Made by a program: the position numbers and the translations under genes. The notes beneath the pieces are model-generated. The model worked only from the letters and a program-made list of their open reading frames with translations. It did not search any database and had not been told where the DNA came from. A stretch of DNA of 64,000 bases from a virus, in IMG/VR virus record IMGVR_UViG_3300021256_000005; one strand, written 5' to 3'. Shown here in pieces: positions 28,037 to 37,720 of the stretch (the stretch's first letter is position 1; each line of letters begins with the position of its first letter).

Positions 28037-28204
28037 ATGACAAGATTTTATCTTAGCGGAAAAGAAGTAGACAAAAAAGAATTTGAAAAGCATTTCGGAC
28101 ATGAAGATGTTGATTGGAGAATTGAAACGATGGTTTTAAACGGTATTAAAGAGTTTACGAAGGAAGGACCGTATAATCGGATCTGCAAAATTGTGATAGG
28201 CTGA
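28037..28204 (+). CDS. hypothetical protein
   Basis: 55 aa from the ATG at 28037, preceded by aaaggagat. Confidence 0.5.
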   Translation: MTRFYLSGKEVDKKEFEKHFGHEDVDWRIETMVLNGIKEFTKEGPYNRICKIVIG

Positions 28205-28232
28205 CAAGGCAAGATGAGGAAAGGAAAAGAAT

Positions 28233-28550
28233 ATGAAAAAATATTACGAATTAAAATACGACACACGTGTTGGCGGTGATTATGTTATATTTTATGATGA
28301 AAATCTGACGAGATTGGACACCATGGTATATAAAGAAGATAGATTTGGCAGGATCATTGGTAGAGAAACAGGACTTTCATTAATTTCTGAGGATATGGTA
28401 CAGATAGCACGGCGAGGATCTGCCGCAGAAATTATGCATCATGGCAAAGTAATTCCTAATACGGATTTTGTTGAAATCGGAGGGTATAGGGATTTGACAG
28501 ATAGTCAGATCAAAAATATAGCGAACAATATTGAAGAAAAAATGAAATAG
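28233..28550 (+). CDS. hypothetical protein
   Basis: 105 aa with an RBS. Confidence 0.55.
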   Translation: MKKYYELKYDTRVGGDYVIFYDENLTRLDTMVYKEDRFGRIIGRETGLSLISEDMVQIARRGSAAEIMHHGKVIPNTDFVEIGGYRDLTDSQIKNIANNIEEKMK

Positions 28551-28576
28551 GATAAAAGTTCCGAAAGGAGAATATT

Positions 28577-28828
28577 ATGAAGAAATATCAGATTTATACT
28601 AACCTCAATGACAACGGTTGGAATCCAGAAGACAGCAGGCCGCCATTTGAAGCAAAGAGCGAAGATGATGCAGTCAATAAATATTTGGAAGAATGTGCAG
28701 ATAATTTGATTGATGCAACAAGACTTGAAGAAGTAAATGGTTGTAAATGCCTGTATACAACATACGGATATTGGAATGATGATAATTATTCTATTATTGA
28801 ATTTAAGGCAGAACAGGTTGATAATTAG
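28577..28828 (+). CDS. hypothetical acidic protein
   Basis: 83 aa, RBS aaaggag. Confidence 0.55.
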   Translation: MKKYQIYTNLNDNGWNPEDSRPPFEAKSEDDAVNKYLEECADNLIDATRLEEVNGCKCLYTTYGYWNDDNYSIIEFKAEQVDN

Positions 28829-28839
28829 GGTGATGCATT

Positions 28840-29238
28840 ATGAAATATATGATTAAACGTTGTGTTGATAATCGGCGTAAATATAATTGTACATTAGATG
28901 AAGTGAAAAACTGGTTTACGATTGAGCCAGATGACTGCGAAAACGATGCAGAAGATGAAAAACCTGACATTCCTGATTTTTCGCATTGCAACGATGCGGA
29001 CGATATTAACGCTGTTTTGTATGATTTAGAAAATGGCAATCCGCTGTATTTAGTATATGAACAGTTTGACATTGGTAGTTATCTGAATGACGGAAATACT
29101 ACTTGGAAGATTTTAGACTGGGACGAGTGTCAATACGGTGCGGATCAGTTTGTTTTAGTGGGTATTGATGGCAGTGAAAAAATCAGGCGTAAGGTTCCAT
29201 ATAGTGAACTTGTAGCGATGAAAAGAATTGAATTATAA
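28840..29238 (+). CDS. hypothetical acidic protein
   Basis: 132 aa, D/E-rich central region. Confidence 0.55.
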   Translation: MKYMIKRCVDNRRKYNCTLDEVKNWFTIEPDDCENDAEDEKPDIPDFSHCNDADDINAVLYDLENGNPLYLVYEQFDIGSYLNDGNTTWKILDWDECQYGADQFVLVGIDGSEKIRRKVPYSELVAMKRIEL

Positions 29239-29285
29239 GGAGTTTCCAATGCATTATAGCGCGTAGAGGGAAGAATTTCCCTCGA

Positions 29286-29314
29286 TTGACAAAACATGGT
29301 AAAAATAGTATAAT
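29286..29314 (+). promoter_or_regulatory. perfect consensus sigma70 promoter
   Basis: TTGACA (29286-91), 17-nt spacer, TATAAT (29309-14). Preceded by hairpin gagggaa-gaat-ttccctc (29266-83). Confidence 0.8.
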
Positions 29315-29341
29315 ATTATTCCATATATAGGAGGGAAATAT

Positions 29342-30505
29342 ATGTTAAAACGACAGGAATACTGTGATAGTATTCATGGCATTGTGCAGGAATACACATC
29401 ACGCAGGAGATTTTTTAGAGCTGTTAACACTGAGTTAAATCGCTTGCATAATTTTTATGACGGCAATCAAGTTATGCTGTCCGAAGATGTGAAAGATTTT
29501 TCAGATGAAGTTCTATTTTGGGTTGGTTCTGCAATCAACTCAGTGTTAGGTACTGAGAAAATTCATATGAATGAATATTTCTCACCACATGAATTTCAGA
29601 TGTATAAAAAATCTCGAATGCAGATCAAGAATACCGTTGAGTACCCTGTCGTTTTTAACAACGTACAGAAAGTTGCCGAAGATCAATATATTTGCGTAAC
29701 AGATGCAGAATTTATTTATCAGTTATATCAAGGACAGCTAATAAATTATAATTATAATACACAGCGTCCTGCCGTGAAGAAAACCTTAAACGGAATTACA
29801 AGCTATAAGATTGCTGTTAATGAAAAGTCTGTGAAAGAAATTGCGAAACTTATGAAGCAGAATGAGTTCATTCCGAATGCACTGACATTAAATGCCAACT
29901 TGGATAATGAAAATACAGCAATACAATTTAACGGCAAAGAATTATTTTTAACAAGTGGACAGTTGGACATTCTTGATGGATTTCATCGGTATCGAGCAAT
30001 TACAATGTTGCGAAAAGAAGATGAAACGTTTCGGTATCCTGTTATATTAAATATTATGCAGTTCGATGAAGAAAAAGCGTGTACATATATTGCGCAGGAA
30101 GATAAGAGAAACCGCATTAAGAAATCCTATGCGAAAACACTGGACGCAACAAATCCGATAAACTTTATTATTCAGCGTTTGAATACGGATTCATTGTCTT
30201 ACTTGCGTGGTAAAATTAGTCGTACTCACGGATATTTAGCGCAGGACTTTTATCAGGCAATAGAACAATTTTGTGACGTAACTAATCAGATGGCAACGTA
30301 TAAGCGGTTACGGAATGTGTATAATTCGCTGATGGAAGAAAACGTGTTGACAGATGATAAATATATTATCGCTCTAGCAACGAAAGCGGGAATGATGTAT
30401 GATAGCGTAGCAGATATGATTACGTTTATTAACAATCATAAATATGATAGTCATGTTTCTAATTTCAAACATTATTTAAAAACTTTGGATGAAGCAGAGA
30501 GGTAA
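29342..30505 (+). CDS. ParB/Srx-fold protein, DndB/DGQHR-like
   Basis: 387 aa. QLDILDGFHRYRAI resembles the DGQHR/ParB-like DGxHR motif. Confidence 0.5.
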   Translation: MLKRQEYCDSIHGIVQEYTSRRRFFRAVNTELNRLHNFYDGNQVMLSEDVKDFSDEVLFWVGSAINSVLGTEKIHMNEYFSPHEFQMYKKSRMQIKNTVEYPVVFNNVQKVAEDQYICVTDAEFIYQLYQGQLINYNYNTQRPAVKKTLNGITSYKIAVNEKSVKEIAKLMKQNEFIPNALTLNANLDNENTAIQFNGKELFLTSGQLDILDGFHRYRAITMLRKEDETFRYPVILNIMQFDEEKACTYIAQEDKRNRIKKSYAKTLDATNPINFIIQRLNTDSLSYLRGKISRTHGYLAQDFYQAIEQFCDVTNQMATYKRLRNVYNSLMEENVLTDDKYIIALATKAGMMYDSVADMITFINNHKYDSHVSNFKHYLKTLDEAER

Positions 30506-30510
30506 TAGGT

Positions 30511-31422
30511 ATGTATAATGAATCTGTAAAATGTGAATTTATAAATGAATTGCCAGTATCGTATGCGAAAATTGCAGAAGAAGCGTTTCAAATGTCAGCA
30601 CCATATGAAGAACATTATAAAAAGGACATCTGTAATTTTATTGAACCAGAGATTGATACTGTTCTGTATGGGTTGAATGCATCGTCTATAAACTCGTTGC
30701 AGAACAGAGTTACAATTTATAAGAAATATACAACGTGGGCGATTGATAGGCAGATCAATGTGGATCATATTAACAGGTTTGAGTTTTATAGTAAAAACGT
30801 ACTATTAAAATATATCAACCAAAAAGCAAATAAGGAGCGTATTATATCGAAAGATCAGCTGTTTGAGCTATTCGATCAGTTGCAGAACCCGTCAGATAGG
30901 TATGTTATTTTAGGAGCTTTTGAAGGATTGATGGGAACTAATTGGTCTGAGTTGTTAAGTGTGACAGAAGATATGATTCATGGCAATGAAATTCAGTATG
31001 ATGGATATACGAAACATATATCTGATAATTTGAAACAATTTGCAATTGAAGCTTGTAACACATATACATATAAAACCGTAGCAGGATTCGAATATAATCT
31101 TGATGAAGGAGATCCTACTGTGTGGAAATCGAGAGCTAACGCCAGATTTAATACAGCTGAAGCACGTAAAAAAAGATTGATTAGTCGGTTGAATAAAATC
31201 CGTGAAACATATTTATTGCCGCTTAAATTAAAGAATTTACGGAATAGTGGTATTGTATATGAAATGCAAAAAGTGATTGACAATAATCATTTAACAGCGT
31301 ATGAGTGTACACAGTCTCCTAAAATCATTGACATTTTGAGACAGTATGATATGATGCACGTAAAGGATTACAGCTTACGGCAAAGTTATTTAGAATTTTT
31401 GAGGGATTGGGATGGAAGATAG
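30511..31422 (+). CDS. tyrosine-recombinase-fold protein with degenerate catalytic residues
   Basis: 303 aa. Box-I-like GLMGTNWSELLSV has the Arg replaced. Box-II-like LKNLRNSG has the His replaced. Confidence 0.4.
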   Translation: MYNESVKCEFINELPVSYAKIAEEAFQMSAPYEEHYKKDICNFIEPEIDTVLYGLNASSINSLQNRVTIYKKYTTWAIDRQINVDHINRFEFYSKNVLLKYINQKANKERIISKDQLFELFDQLQNPSDRYVILGAFEGLMGTNWSELLSVTEDMIHGNEIQYDGYTKHISDNLKQFAIEACNTYTYKTVAGFEYNLDEGDPTVWKSRANARFNTAEARKKRLISRLNKIRETYLLPLKLKNLRNSGIVYEMQKVIDNNHLTAYECTQSPKIIDILRQYDMMHVKDYSLRQSYLEFLRDWDGR

Positions 31423-32020
31423 AGATTATAAAGTGTATCATTGGTACGAAGCGAAAAAATATACCATCATTGGTGTGATACTATTTCTTTTTTCAGCATT
31501 TACTATGAGCGGAGCAACAGCACCAGGATGGGTATTAGCATGGATATGGTATGTAATCCATGTAAGTAGAAAATATTGTCATTGGTTGCACGATCCATAT
31601 ACACAGCAAAGACGAAAAGAATTAGAACAATATGTTGAACCGATTCCGTATGTGACGGAAGATGACTGGTGCATTAAGAAGGTTATGACCACGGAAGATG
31701 AGGGAGCGGCTATAACATATTATGAATCTCATGCAACCGCATTAGTAAAGTCATATTTGGAGCAAAATAATGTTAGATATTTTAGTGATTATGAGATTCA
31801 GCAAATTGAAATAATTTTAGATTATCGTCAACGTAATGGATATTGCCCGTATAAAGACGAATATGATCTCGATTGTTTTTATATGGAAGATGATGAAAAA
31901 CTTTATCGTCCAGACGACGCAGAATGGAACGATGCAATTACAGAATTGATTGAATTAAGCAGGAGAAGAAACTATGAGTGGGAGAAAAGAAAACGAGAAG
32001 CAGGCTACGCAGAAGATTAA
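31412..32020 (+). CDS. membrane protein
   Basis: 202 aa. Two N-terminal hydrophobic helices (IIGVILFLFSAF..., WVLAWIWYVIHV). Confidence 0.55.
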   Translation: MEDRDYKVYHWYEAKKYTIIGVILFLFSAFTMSGATAPGWVLAWIWYVIHVSRKYCHWLHDPYTQQRRKELEQYVEPIPYVTEDDWCIKKVMTTEDEGAAITYYESHATALVKSYLEQNNVRYFSDYEIQQIEIILDYRQRNGYCPYKDEYDLDCFYMEDDEKLYRPDDAEWNDAITELIELSRRRNYEWEKRKREAGYAED

Positions 32021-32930
32021 AAACTTACTGAATGAGAACCCGTACTTAAAAGGATTTTATTTTTCCATGATGAATAGTGGGAAAACGCAGTCTTATAACA
32101 CACATTATAAATATTTACATTGCATCAAAACACTGCATGACGAGTTGGGAAAAGATTTGGTAGCGGCATCCTATGATGATTTAACAGAATTTTTATATTA
32201 TCAGTCTTTCAAAGAAAACGGCGAAAAGAAATCTGGGAACTCAATGATTGTTATGTATTCAGCGGTTAAAAAGTATTATAAATATTTAACTGCATCACGT
32301 CAAATTACAAACAATCCAGCAGAACTAATTGAACGTCCTGCACAGAAACCAAAAGATCAGATACACCGTGATGTATTAACGAAGGAAGAAATCAAAGAAA
32401 TGTTTAATAACATTCCTAAAAATAAAAATTACAATCGTAATTATGCGATTCTTCTATTGGCGTTATACACTGGTATTCGTTGTACGCCGCTGACAGAAAT
32501 TGACTTAGAGGATTTTGATTGGAAAGCAAAAACGGTTACGGTAATTCAGAAAAGAAATAAGAAACATACTTATTATTTATCTGATAGTGTAATGCGGGCA
32601 ATTGGGCGTTGGATGTATGATCGTGAAAAGATACTTGGCGAAGAATATCACAAAAAAGGAGCGTTGTTTGTATCAACAAAAAAAACTAGAATGACTCCTA
32701 GAACGATGGAACGTATTGTTGAAGTGTTGAATCCGACTGACAAACACATTACACCACATAGGTTGCGTGGAACGTTTGCAACAAATATGATTGATGCAGG
32801 ATGTAACTTATATGAAGTTCAGCAGATGATGGGACATGAATCCCCAAAAACAACTGAGATTTATATTAAACCATCTGAGACATTGATTAAACAGGCAAGT
32901 GAAAAAGCTGATGTATTTTTAAGCGTGTAA
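31974..32930 (+). CDS. tyrosine recombinase, XerC/XerD-like
   Basis: LYTGIRCTPLTEI (Arg), HRLRGTFAT (HxxR), GHESPKTTEIY (His...Tyr). Confidence 0.8.
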   Translation: MSGRKENEKQATQKIKNLLNENPYLKGFYFSMMNSGKTQSYNTHYKYLHCIKTLHDELGKDLVAASYDDLTEFLYYQSFKENGEKKSGNSMIVMYSAVKKYYKYLTASRQITNNPAELIERPAQKPKDQIHRDVLTKEEIKEMFNNIPKNKNYNRNYAILLLALYTGIRCTPLTEIDLEDFDWKAKTVTVIQKRNKKHTYYLSDSVMRAIGRWMYDREKILGEEYHKKGALFVSTKKTRMTPRTMERIVEVLNPTDKHITPHRLRGTFATNMIDAGCNLYEVQQMMGHESPKTTEIYIKPSETLIKQASEKADVFLSV

Positions 32931-32943
32931 AGGAGACATAGTT

Positions 32944-33309
32944 ATGAAAAAGATGTTGATTATGTTTTTATTAGCTGTAACTATTTCAGTTATAGGTACT
33001 GGATGTGGAACTGGTTCCGTAAAAAGAATTGCGACAAAATCAGTTGAGCAGACGTTTGGAGAAGAACCAACAGATATGAAATTATTGCACGACAAAGATA
33101 CCGATGATTATGTTGTTGTTTGTATGATTGATGGAGAACTTAAAGCAGGGTACATGGAAAATGGTAACGAAGCATTTGAGTTTGCAGAGGATTATCCAGA
33201 TCAGTCTGATTTTAACGTTTTGGCGAAGGTATATGTAATCAATGAAAAAACGTTAGAAGCCATGACAGCATATCAAAATAAGGACGATAGTGTATGGGAA
33301 GTAGAATAG
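32944..33309 (+). CDS. secreted protein, possible lipoprotein
   Basis: Signal peptide MKKMLIMFLLAVTISVIGTGC with a Cys after the hydrophobic core. Confidence 0.55.
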   Translation: MKKMLIMFLLAVTISVIGTGCGTGSVKRIATKSVEQTFGEEPTDMKLLHDKDTDDYVVVCMIDGELKAGYMENGNEAFEFAEDYPDQSDFNVLAKVYVINEKTLEAMTAYQNKDDSVWEVE

Positions 33310-33473
33310 CAACGGTAAACAGAATCACAAGTATTGCAATTTTAGCGATAGGCGTAAAATGTGTGGTTGATATTATTCGCATGAATTTAGATAAATGCTT
33401 TATTGAGTGTTTAGTAATAATTGTACTTGGAATAATTTGGTGCATTAGCAGAATTTACTTGCATAGATTATAA
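33294..33473 (+). CDS. small membrane protein (59 aa, below track cutoff)
   Basis: MGSRIATVNRITSIAILAIGVKCVVD...VIIVLGIIWCISRIY. Two hydrophobic helices. Overlaps the upstream stop. Confidence 0.4.
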   Translation: MGSRIATVNRITSIAILAIGVKCVVDIIRMNLDKCFIECLVIIVLGIIWCISRIYLHRL

Positions 33474-33527
33474 CTGTATGATAAACTATAAATAAATTTA
33501 AAACATGCATACGGAAGGCGGGAAAAC

Positions 33528-34013
33528 ATGAAAATCAAACGTACAGTGGATGTTGAAACGAACGATTTTGAAATTGGCGATAGGCTAATTATTAACGATG
33601 CAGAGTGGAAAATATTAGATATAGTTGATAATGAGGTTTTAATATGGAAATGTACGAATGTTGAAAAGCGTTGTTTTAATCGTGATAAAAATAATGTTTA
33701 CGAAGGTTCAGATATTCAAAGATATTTGCAGAATGATTTCTTGAAAGAATTTCCAGAATATATGCTTAAAAATGTAAGTAATGAAGGATTTTTCTTGTTG
33801 ACAGTCGATCAAATTAATAAGTATATGCCGATTCCATCTGATAGAACTGTAACAAATTTAAAAATGTACAACATTGGGTGGTGGACTTCTACGCCGTATG
33901 TCTGTGACAGTAGGTATGTCAGTAGCGTTCACACTACAGGCCATGTCTCCGCAGATCCTGTCCGTTTCCATGGTGGTGTTGCTCCCGCTTGTTGGTTAAA
34001 GATTCAACAGTAA
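33528..34013 (+). CDS. hypothetical protein, paralog of 37214-37711
   Basis: Shared blocks W(K)(I/V)LDI...LIWKCTNV...SDIQ(R/K)YL(Q/R)NDF...EGFFLLTV(D/E)QI(N/R)KYMP...GVAPA. Confidence 0.7.
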   Translation: MKIKRTVDVETNDFEIGDRLIINDAEWKILDIVDNEVLIWKCTNVEKRCFNRDKNNVYEGSDIQRYLQNDFLKEFPEYMLKNVSNEGFFLLTVDQINKYMPIPSDRTVTNLKMYNIGWWTSTPYVCDSRYVSSVHTTGHVSADPVRFHGGVAPACWLKIQQ

Positions 34014-34026
34014 AAGGAGAAATTGT

Positions 34027-34209
34027 ATGATAGATATTACAATGTGTTTTTCTAAAGATTGTCCAAGAAAAACCACGTGTTATCGACATGAAGCCAAACC
34101 AAATCCATATTGGCAATCTTATTCTGATTTTCACAAAAGTGAATGTAATAATAAGAATGGGTATAGAAAATATATTCCAATAGATAATGATGCTTGTAAA
34201 AATAAATAG
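34027..34209 (+). CDS. small Cys-rich protein, paralog of 56866-57042
   Basis: MIDITMCFSKDCPRKTTCYRHEA.P..W.SYSD...GY(R)KYIPI is shared with the later ORF. Confidence 0.6.
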   Translation: MIDITMCFSKDCPRKTTCYRHEAKPNPYWQSYSDFHKSECNNKNGYRKYIPIDNDACKNK

Positions 34210-34266
34210 AATATATTTTGATGATTTATAAGCAAAACATAAATATAAAGAGATAGAGGCTATAAG

Positions 34267-34800
34267 ATGCAATTTAATGTTGGTGATAGAGTTTATATTG
34301 GAAAATTAGTAAGATATACTAGCGACACTAATCATCATGAGACACTTCGGTTATTAAAAGACGAGTTTGGAAAAATTACTAAAATTTATACGAACAAATT
34401 ATATAAGATAGAAATAGGCGAAACAAACATTGTTGTGACTGAAGAGTGGTTAATTAAAAAGCAAGAGGATTATATTAGAAGTATTTCACAAAGAACAATT
34501 AACATGAGTGATATAAAATCATTAACTTATGAAGACTTTTGTCGTTATGCAGTGCGTGATGAAGTTAAACTGTATCGCTTTATAAAATCCAGACAAATTA
34601 GTAGTGTTGAATTATATAGTGGTGAAGAAATTAATGTTATTGGAAAATATTTCTATGCATATAATAAACGAAATAATAAATGGATGACAGATTATGAAGA
34701 TAGGCTATGCGCACAGATACTGGACGAGTGGTTGGTAAAAAACAAATTTTGTATCAATGATGTTGAATTTTTTATGGTAGACCCAAATGAGGTACTGTGA
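34267..34800 (+). CDS. hypothetical protein
   Basis: 177 aa with an RBS. Confidence 0.6.
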   Translation: MQFNVGDRVYIGKLVRYTSDTNHHETLRLLKDEFGKITKIYTNKLYKIEIGETNIVVTEEWLIKKQEDYIRSISQRTINMSDIKSLTYEDFCRYAVRDEVKLYRFIKSRQISSVELYSGEEINVIGKYFYAYNKRNNKWMTDYEDRLCAQILDEWLVKNKFCINDVEFFMVDPNEVL

Positions 34801-34837
34801 TGAAATTTCGTATATGTGATAAAGTTTCATAGGAGGT

Positions 34838-35068
34838 ATGATGAACAACAAACGAATAAATATTGGTTCAACAGTAGTAGTTAAGAAACAGATTATGGCT
34901 TATGAAAATGGACGTGAATATGCATTAGAGCTTCAAATAAAAGGAACTGTTGATTATATTGATGAAAAAGACATAGAAGTGGTTTTGGATTCATCAACAC
35001 CCATATATACGACTACATTACCCATAGAAGGAGATGAGTTAGAGACGGATTCAAAACAATTAGACTGA
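34838..35068 (+). CDS. hypothetical protein
   Basis: 76 aa, RBS aggagg. Confidence 0.55.
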   Translation: MMNNKRINIGSTVVVKKQIMAYENGREYALELQIKGTVDYIDEKDIEVVLDSSTPIYTTTLPIEGDELETDSKQLD

Positions 35069-35111
35069 TTGGAGAATATTTGCAGTGGTTTGAAGAAAGG
35101 AAATCTTGGGC

Positions 35112-35300
35112 ATGATTGAAAGAAAAGTAACGTTAGAAGAAGCAAAAGAAGCTATCAACACAATTAGTAAGTTTTGTGAACAGGTGAGTTCTACAGATTG
35201 TTTTCATGCCGCATGTCCTGTACATGACTGGTGCGTAAAAAGAGAAGAAGAAATCCCAGCAGATTGGGAGCGACATGAAGGGAGAAAGGGAAATGACTAA
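35112..35300 (+). CDS. hypothetical small Cys-containing protein
   Basis: ATG at 35112 (track gives a TTG at 35106). Confidence 0.5.
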   Translation: MIERKVTLEEAKEAINTISKFCEQVSSTDCFHAACPVHDWCVKREEEIPADWERHEGRKGND

Positions 35301-35658
35301 AGAGGAATTTAATAAACAAATAAAGCGGTATTTCGATTCTATAAGTCCAGAAAGGGGAGAAGTCACTTATGGTGTCGTTTGTCGTGGATCAATGTGCAAA
35401 GACTGCATGTTTAATAAAGACTTACGCTGTGAACTGGATGATTTTTTTGAAATCATGGAAGAGTTTGAAAAGTGGGTAAAAGAGCATCCACCCATTACGA
35501 ACAAAGAAAAGATGGAAGAGGTGTTCGGTGCAAAAGTTGACACAAAATGTGAATGCCCACCTGGTATAGAAATGTGCGGTAGTCCAACATGCAAGGAATG
35601 TAGAAAATGGTGGAATAAAGAATACAAGGAGCAGAATGGCGAGGAGGGAGAACGATGA
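35293..35658 (+). CDS. Cys-rich protein family, copy 1
   Basis: MTKEEFNK...RYFDS...C.G..C..CMF...EKWVKEHP.ITNK(E/D)K..EVFG...C.....C..CR.WW(N/D)(K/E)EYK is shared with 36847-37227. Confidence 0.7.
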   Translation: MTKEEFNKQIKRYFDSISPERGEVTYGVVCRGSMCKDCMFNKDLRCELDDFFEIMEEFEKWVKEHPPITNKEKMEEVFGAKVDTKCECPPGIEMCGSPTCKECRKWWNKEYKEQNGEEGER

Positions 35659-35685
35659 AATTGGTGTATTGGAGAGAGGCTGAAG

Positions 35686-36838
35686 ATGAGTAAACACACA
35701 ATACAAGAACTTCGTGAAAAACAGGGACTACCACTTTCCATGAAGATCAAAATGACTGAGCACAGAATTAGGGAATGGGTTAGAAAATATGATATAGGTG
35801 GTGTATATGTCAGTTTTTCTGGCGGAAAGGATTCTACAGTTCTTCTCGACATTGCCCGCCATTTATACCCAGAAATGTTAGCTGTGTATGTTGACACAGG
35901 ACTGGAATATCCAGAAGTGAGAAACTTTGTAAAAACATACGACAATGTAGAGTGGCTAAAACCAAAAAAGAATTTTCGACAGGTTATTGAAGAACATGGA
36001 TACCCATTTATTAGTAAAGAAGTTTCGGATAAGGTTTCTGGCGCAAGACGCTATGTAAAGGCAGTTCGAGAGAGAGAGTCGGCGTCCGATTCCTTACTCA
36101 CCGTTCATGGCGGATTTGCTAGGAATAGACCGCAGAATCAACAAAGAGAATCAAGACTATCAAAATCTCAAGGCGGGGATTATCCCTAGGCAAACTTCAC
36201 GCTACATGCAAGTCGAAGGTACATATCTGAGCAAAGACGGGAAGCCGAGTGCATACAATGTATCAAAATATAAATTTTTCCTCGAAGCTCCATTCGAAAT
36301 ATCAGCAAATTGCTGTAACGTGATGAAGAAATATCCAGTTCACTCTTTTGGACGAAAGACCGGGAGAAAGCCGATAACAGCACAAATGGCGTCTGAATCT
36401 CGCTTGCGAACATCACAATGGCTGAAGAATGGTTGTAATGGTTTTGAGATGAAATCTCCAATTTCAAATCCCATGAGCTTTTGGACGGAACAAGACGTAC
36501 TTCTTTATATCAAGGAGCATAACCTCCCCGTAGCTTCTGTTTATGGAGAAATCATTGAAGTTAATGGAAAAGAAACGCAGGTAAAAGATGATATGAAAGA
36601 ATTGTTCGATCTGGACAGACCATTTCTCAAAACCACAGGTTGTGATCGTACTGGTTGTATGTTCTGCGGTTACGGTTGCCATCTTGAAAAACCCGGGGAA
36701 GGTCGTTTCTTGAGAATGAAAGAAACTCACCCAAAGCAGTACGATTATATCATGCGTCCAAAAGAGCAAGGCGGTCTGAATTACAAAGAAGTCATTGATT
36801 GGATCAATGAGCATGGAGGATTTCACATTGAATACTAG
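35686..36838 (+). CDS. PP-loop ATP pyrophosphatase, PAPS-reductase/DndC-like family, split by a +1 frame change
   Basis: SFSGGKDS PP-loop lies in the first frame (35686-36189). The remainder, with C-terminal CDRTGCMFCGYGC, lies in the +1 frame (open from 36059). The overlap contains (GA)5G at 36068-36078. Confidence 0.7.
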
Positions 36839-36846
36839 GAGAAATT

Positions 36847-37227
36847 ATGACTAAAGAAGAATACAAGAAAAATTTAACACGATACTTTGACTCTGTAAGG
36901 AGAGGTGAAGAAGCGAAGAACTACATGGGGACGGCTCTTTGCTGCGGTGTGGCATGTACAACGTGCATGTTTGCGTACCTATGTGAACATATACATCTCC
37001 CAGAAAAGGCATTGGATTGTGTTGAATTACTCGAGAAGTGGGTGAAAGAACATCCAGTGATTACAAATAAAGATAAATTTAAAGAGGTTTTTGGTGTAGA
37101 ACCGGATGATGACAGTTGTCCACCTGTTAGCAATATATGCGGAGTTGCCAAATACCTATCGGACTGCAATGCGTGTAGGAGATGGTGGGATGAAGAATAT
37201 AAAGGAGATCAAAATGCGAATAATTAA
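36847..37227 (+). CDS. Cys-rich protein family, copy 2
   Basis: 126 aa, a clear paralog of 35293-35658. The two copies flank the PP-loop gene. Confidence 0.7.
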   Translation: MTKEEYKKNLTRYFDSVRRGEEAKNYMGTALCCGVACTTCMFAYLCEHIHLPEKALDCVELLEKWVKEHPVITNKDKFKEVFGVEPDDDSCPPVSNICGVAKYLSDCNACRRWWDEEYKGDQNANN

Positions 37228-37711
37228 TGTTGAAAGGCAAGTAAGATTACATATTGACCCAACCGAATTGCAAGTAGGGGACGTGATGAAATTTCCTAGT
37301 GGTGATTGGAAAGTGTTGGATATTAAAGATAACAAGGCATTGATTTGGAAATGCACTAACGTTAAAGATCATGTTTTTAATGAGAATAGCAAGAATATAT
37401 ATAATGATTCTGATATTCAGAAATATCTTCGGAATGATTTTAAAGAAAATGTACCAATGGATATTTTGGAAAGGGTCACAATCGAAGGTTTCTTCTTATT
37501 GACCGTAGAGCAGATCAGGAAGTACATGCCTAATGAGCTGGACAGAATTGCTACAGATGAGTATGGCAGAACTACAGGATATTGGATCGCTTCTCCTTGC
37601 GTTGGTACTGGTAGTGGTGTCCGTAGCGTTGATACGGATGGTAACATCTACATCAATTATGCTGGCAATAGTTACGGAGTAGCACCAGCTCGTTTGGTTA
37701 GTCTGCCGTAA
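37214..37711 (+). CDS. hypothetical protein, paralog of 33528-34013
   Basis: Start moved to the ATG at 37214, preceded by aaaggagat (track start is 37106). Confidence 0.7.
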   Translation: MRIINVERQVRLHIDPTELQVGDVMKFPSGDWKVLDIKDNKALIWKCTNVKDHVFNENSKNIYNDSDIQKYLRNDFKENVPMDILERVTIEGFFLLTVEQIRKYMPNELDRIATDEYGRTTGYWIASPCVGTGSGVRSVDTDGNIYINYAGNSYGVAPARLVSLP

Positions 37712-37720
37712 GGAGGATTT

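Noticed and set aside
33239-33445. Track ORF 33239-33445 (-)
   Set aside because: It would be a lone antisense ORF in a uniformly plus-strand arm. The plus strand here encodes the end of the lipoprotein candidate and a plausible 59-aa two-helix membrane peptide.
35367-35945. 192-aa minus-strand ORF, plus 35422-35706 and 35495-35734 (-)
   Set aside because: They are antisense to two well-supported plus-strand genes (the Cys-rich family and the PP-loop gene). The S/F/L-rich composition is typical of the reverse complement of purine-rich coding DNA.
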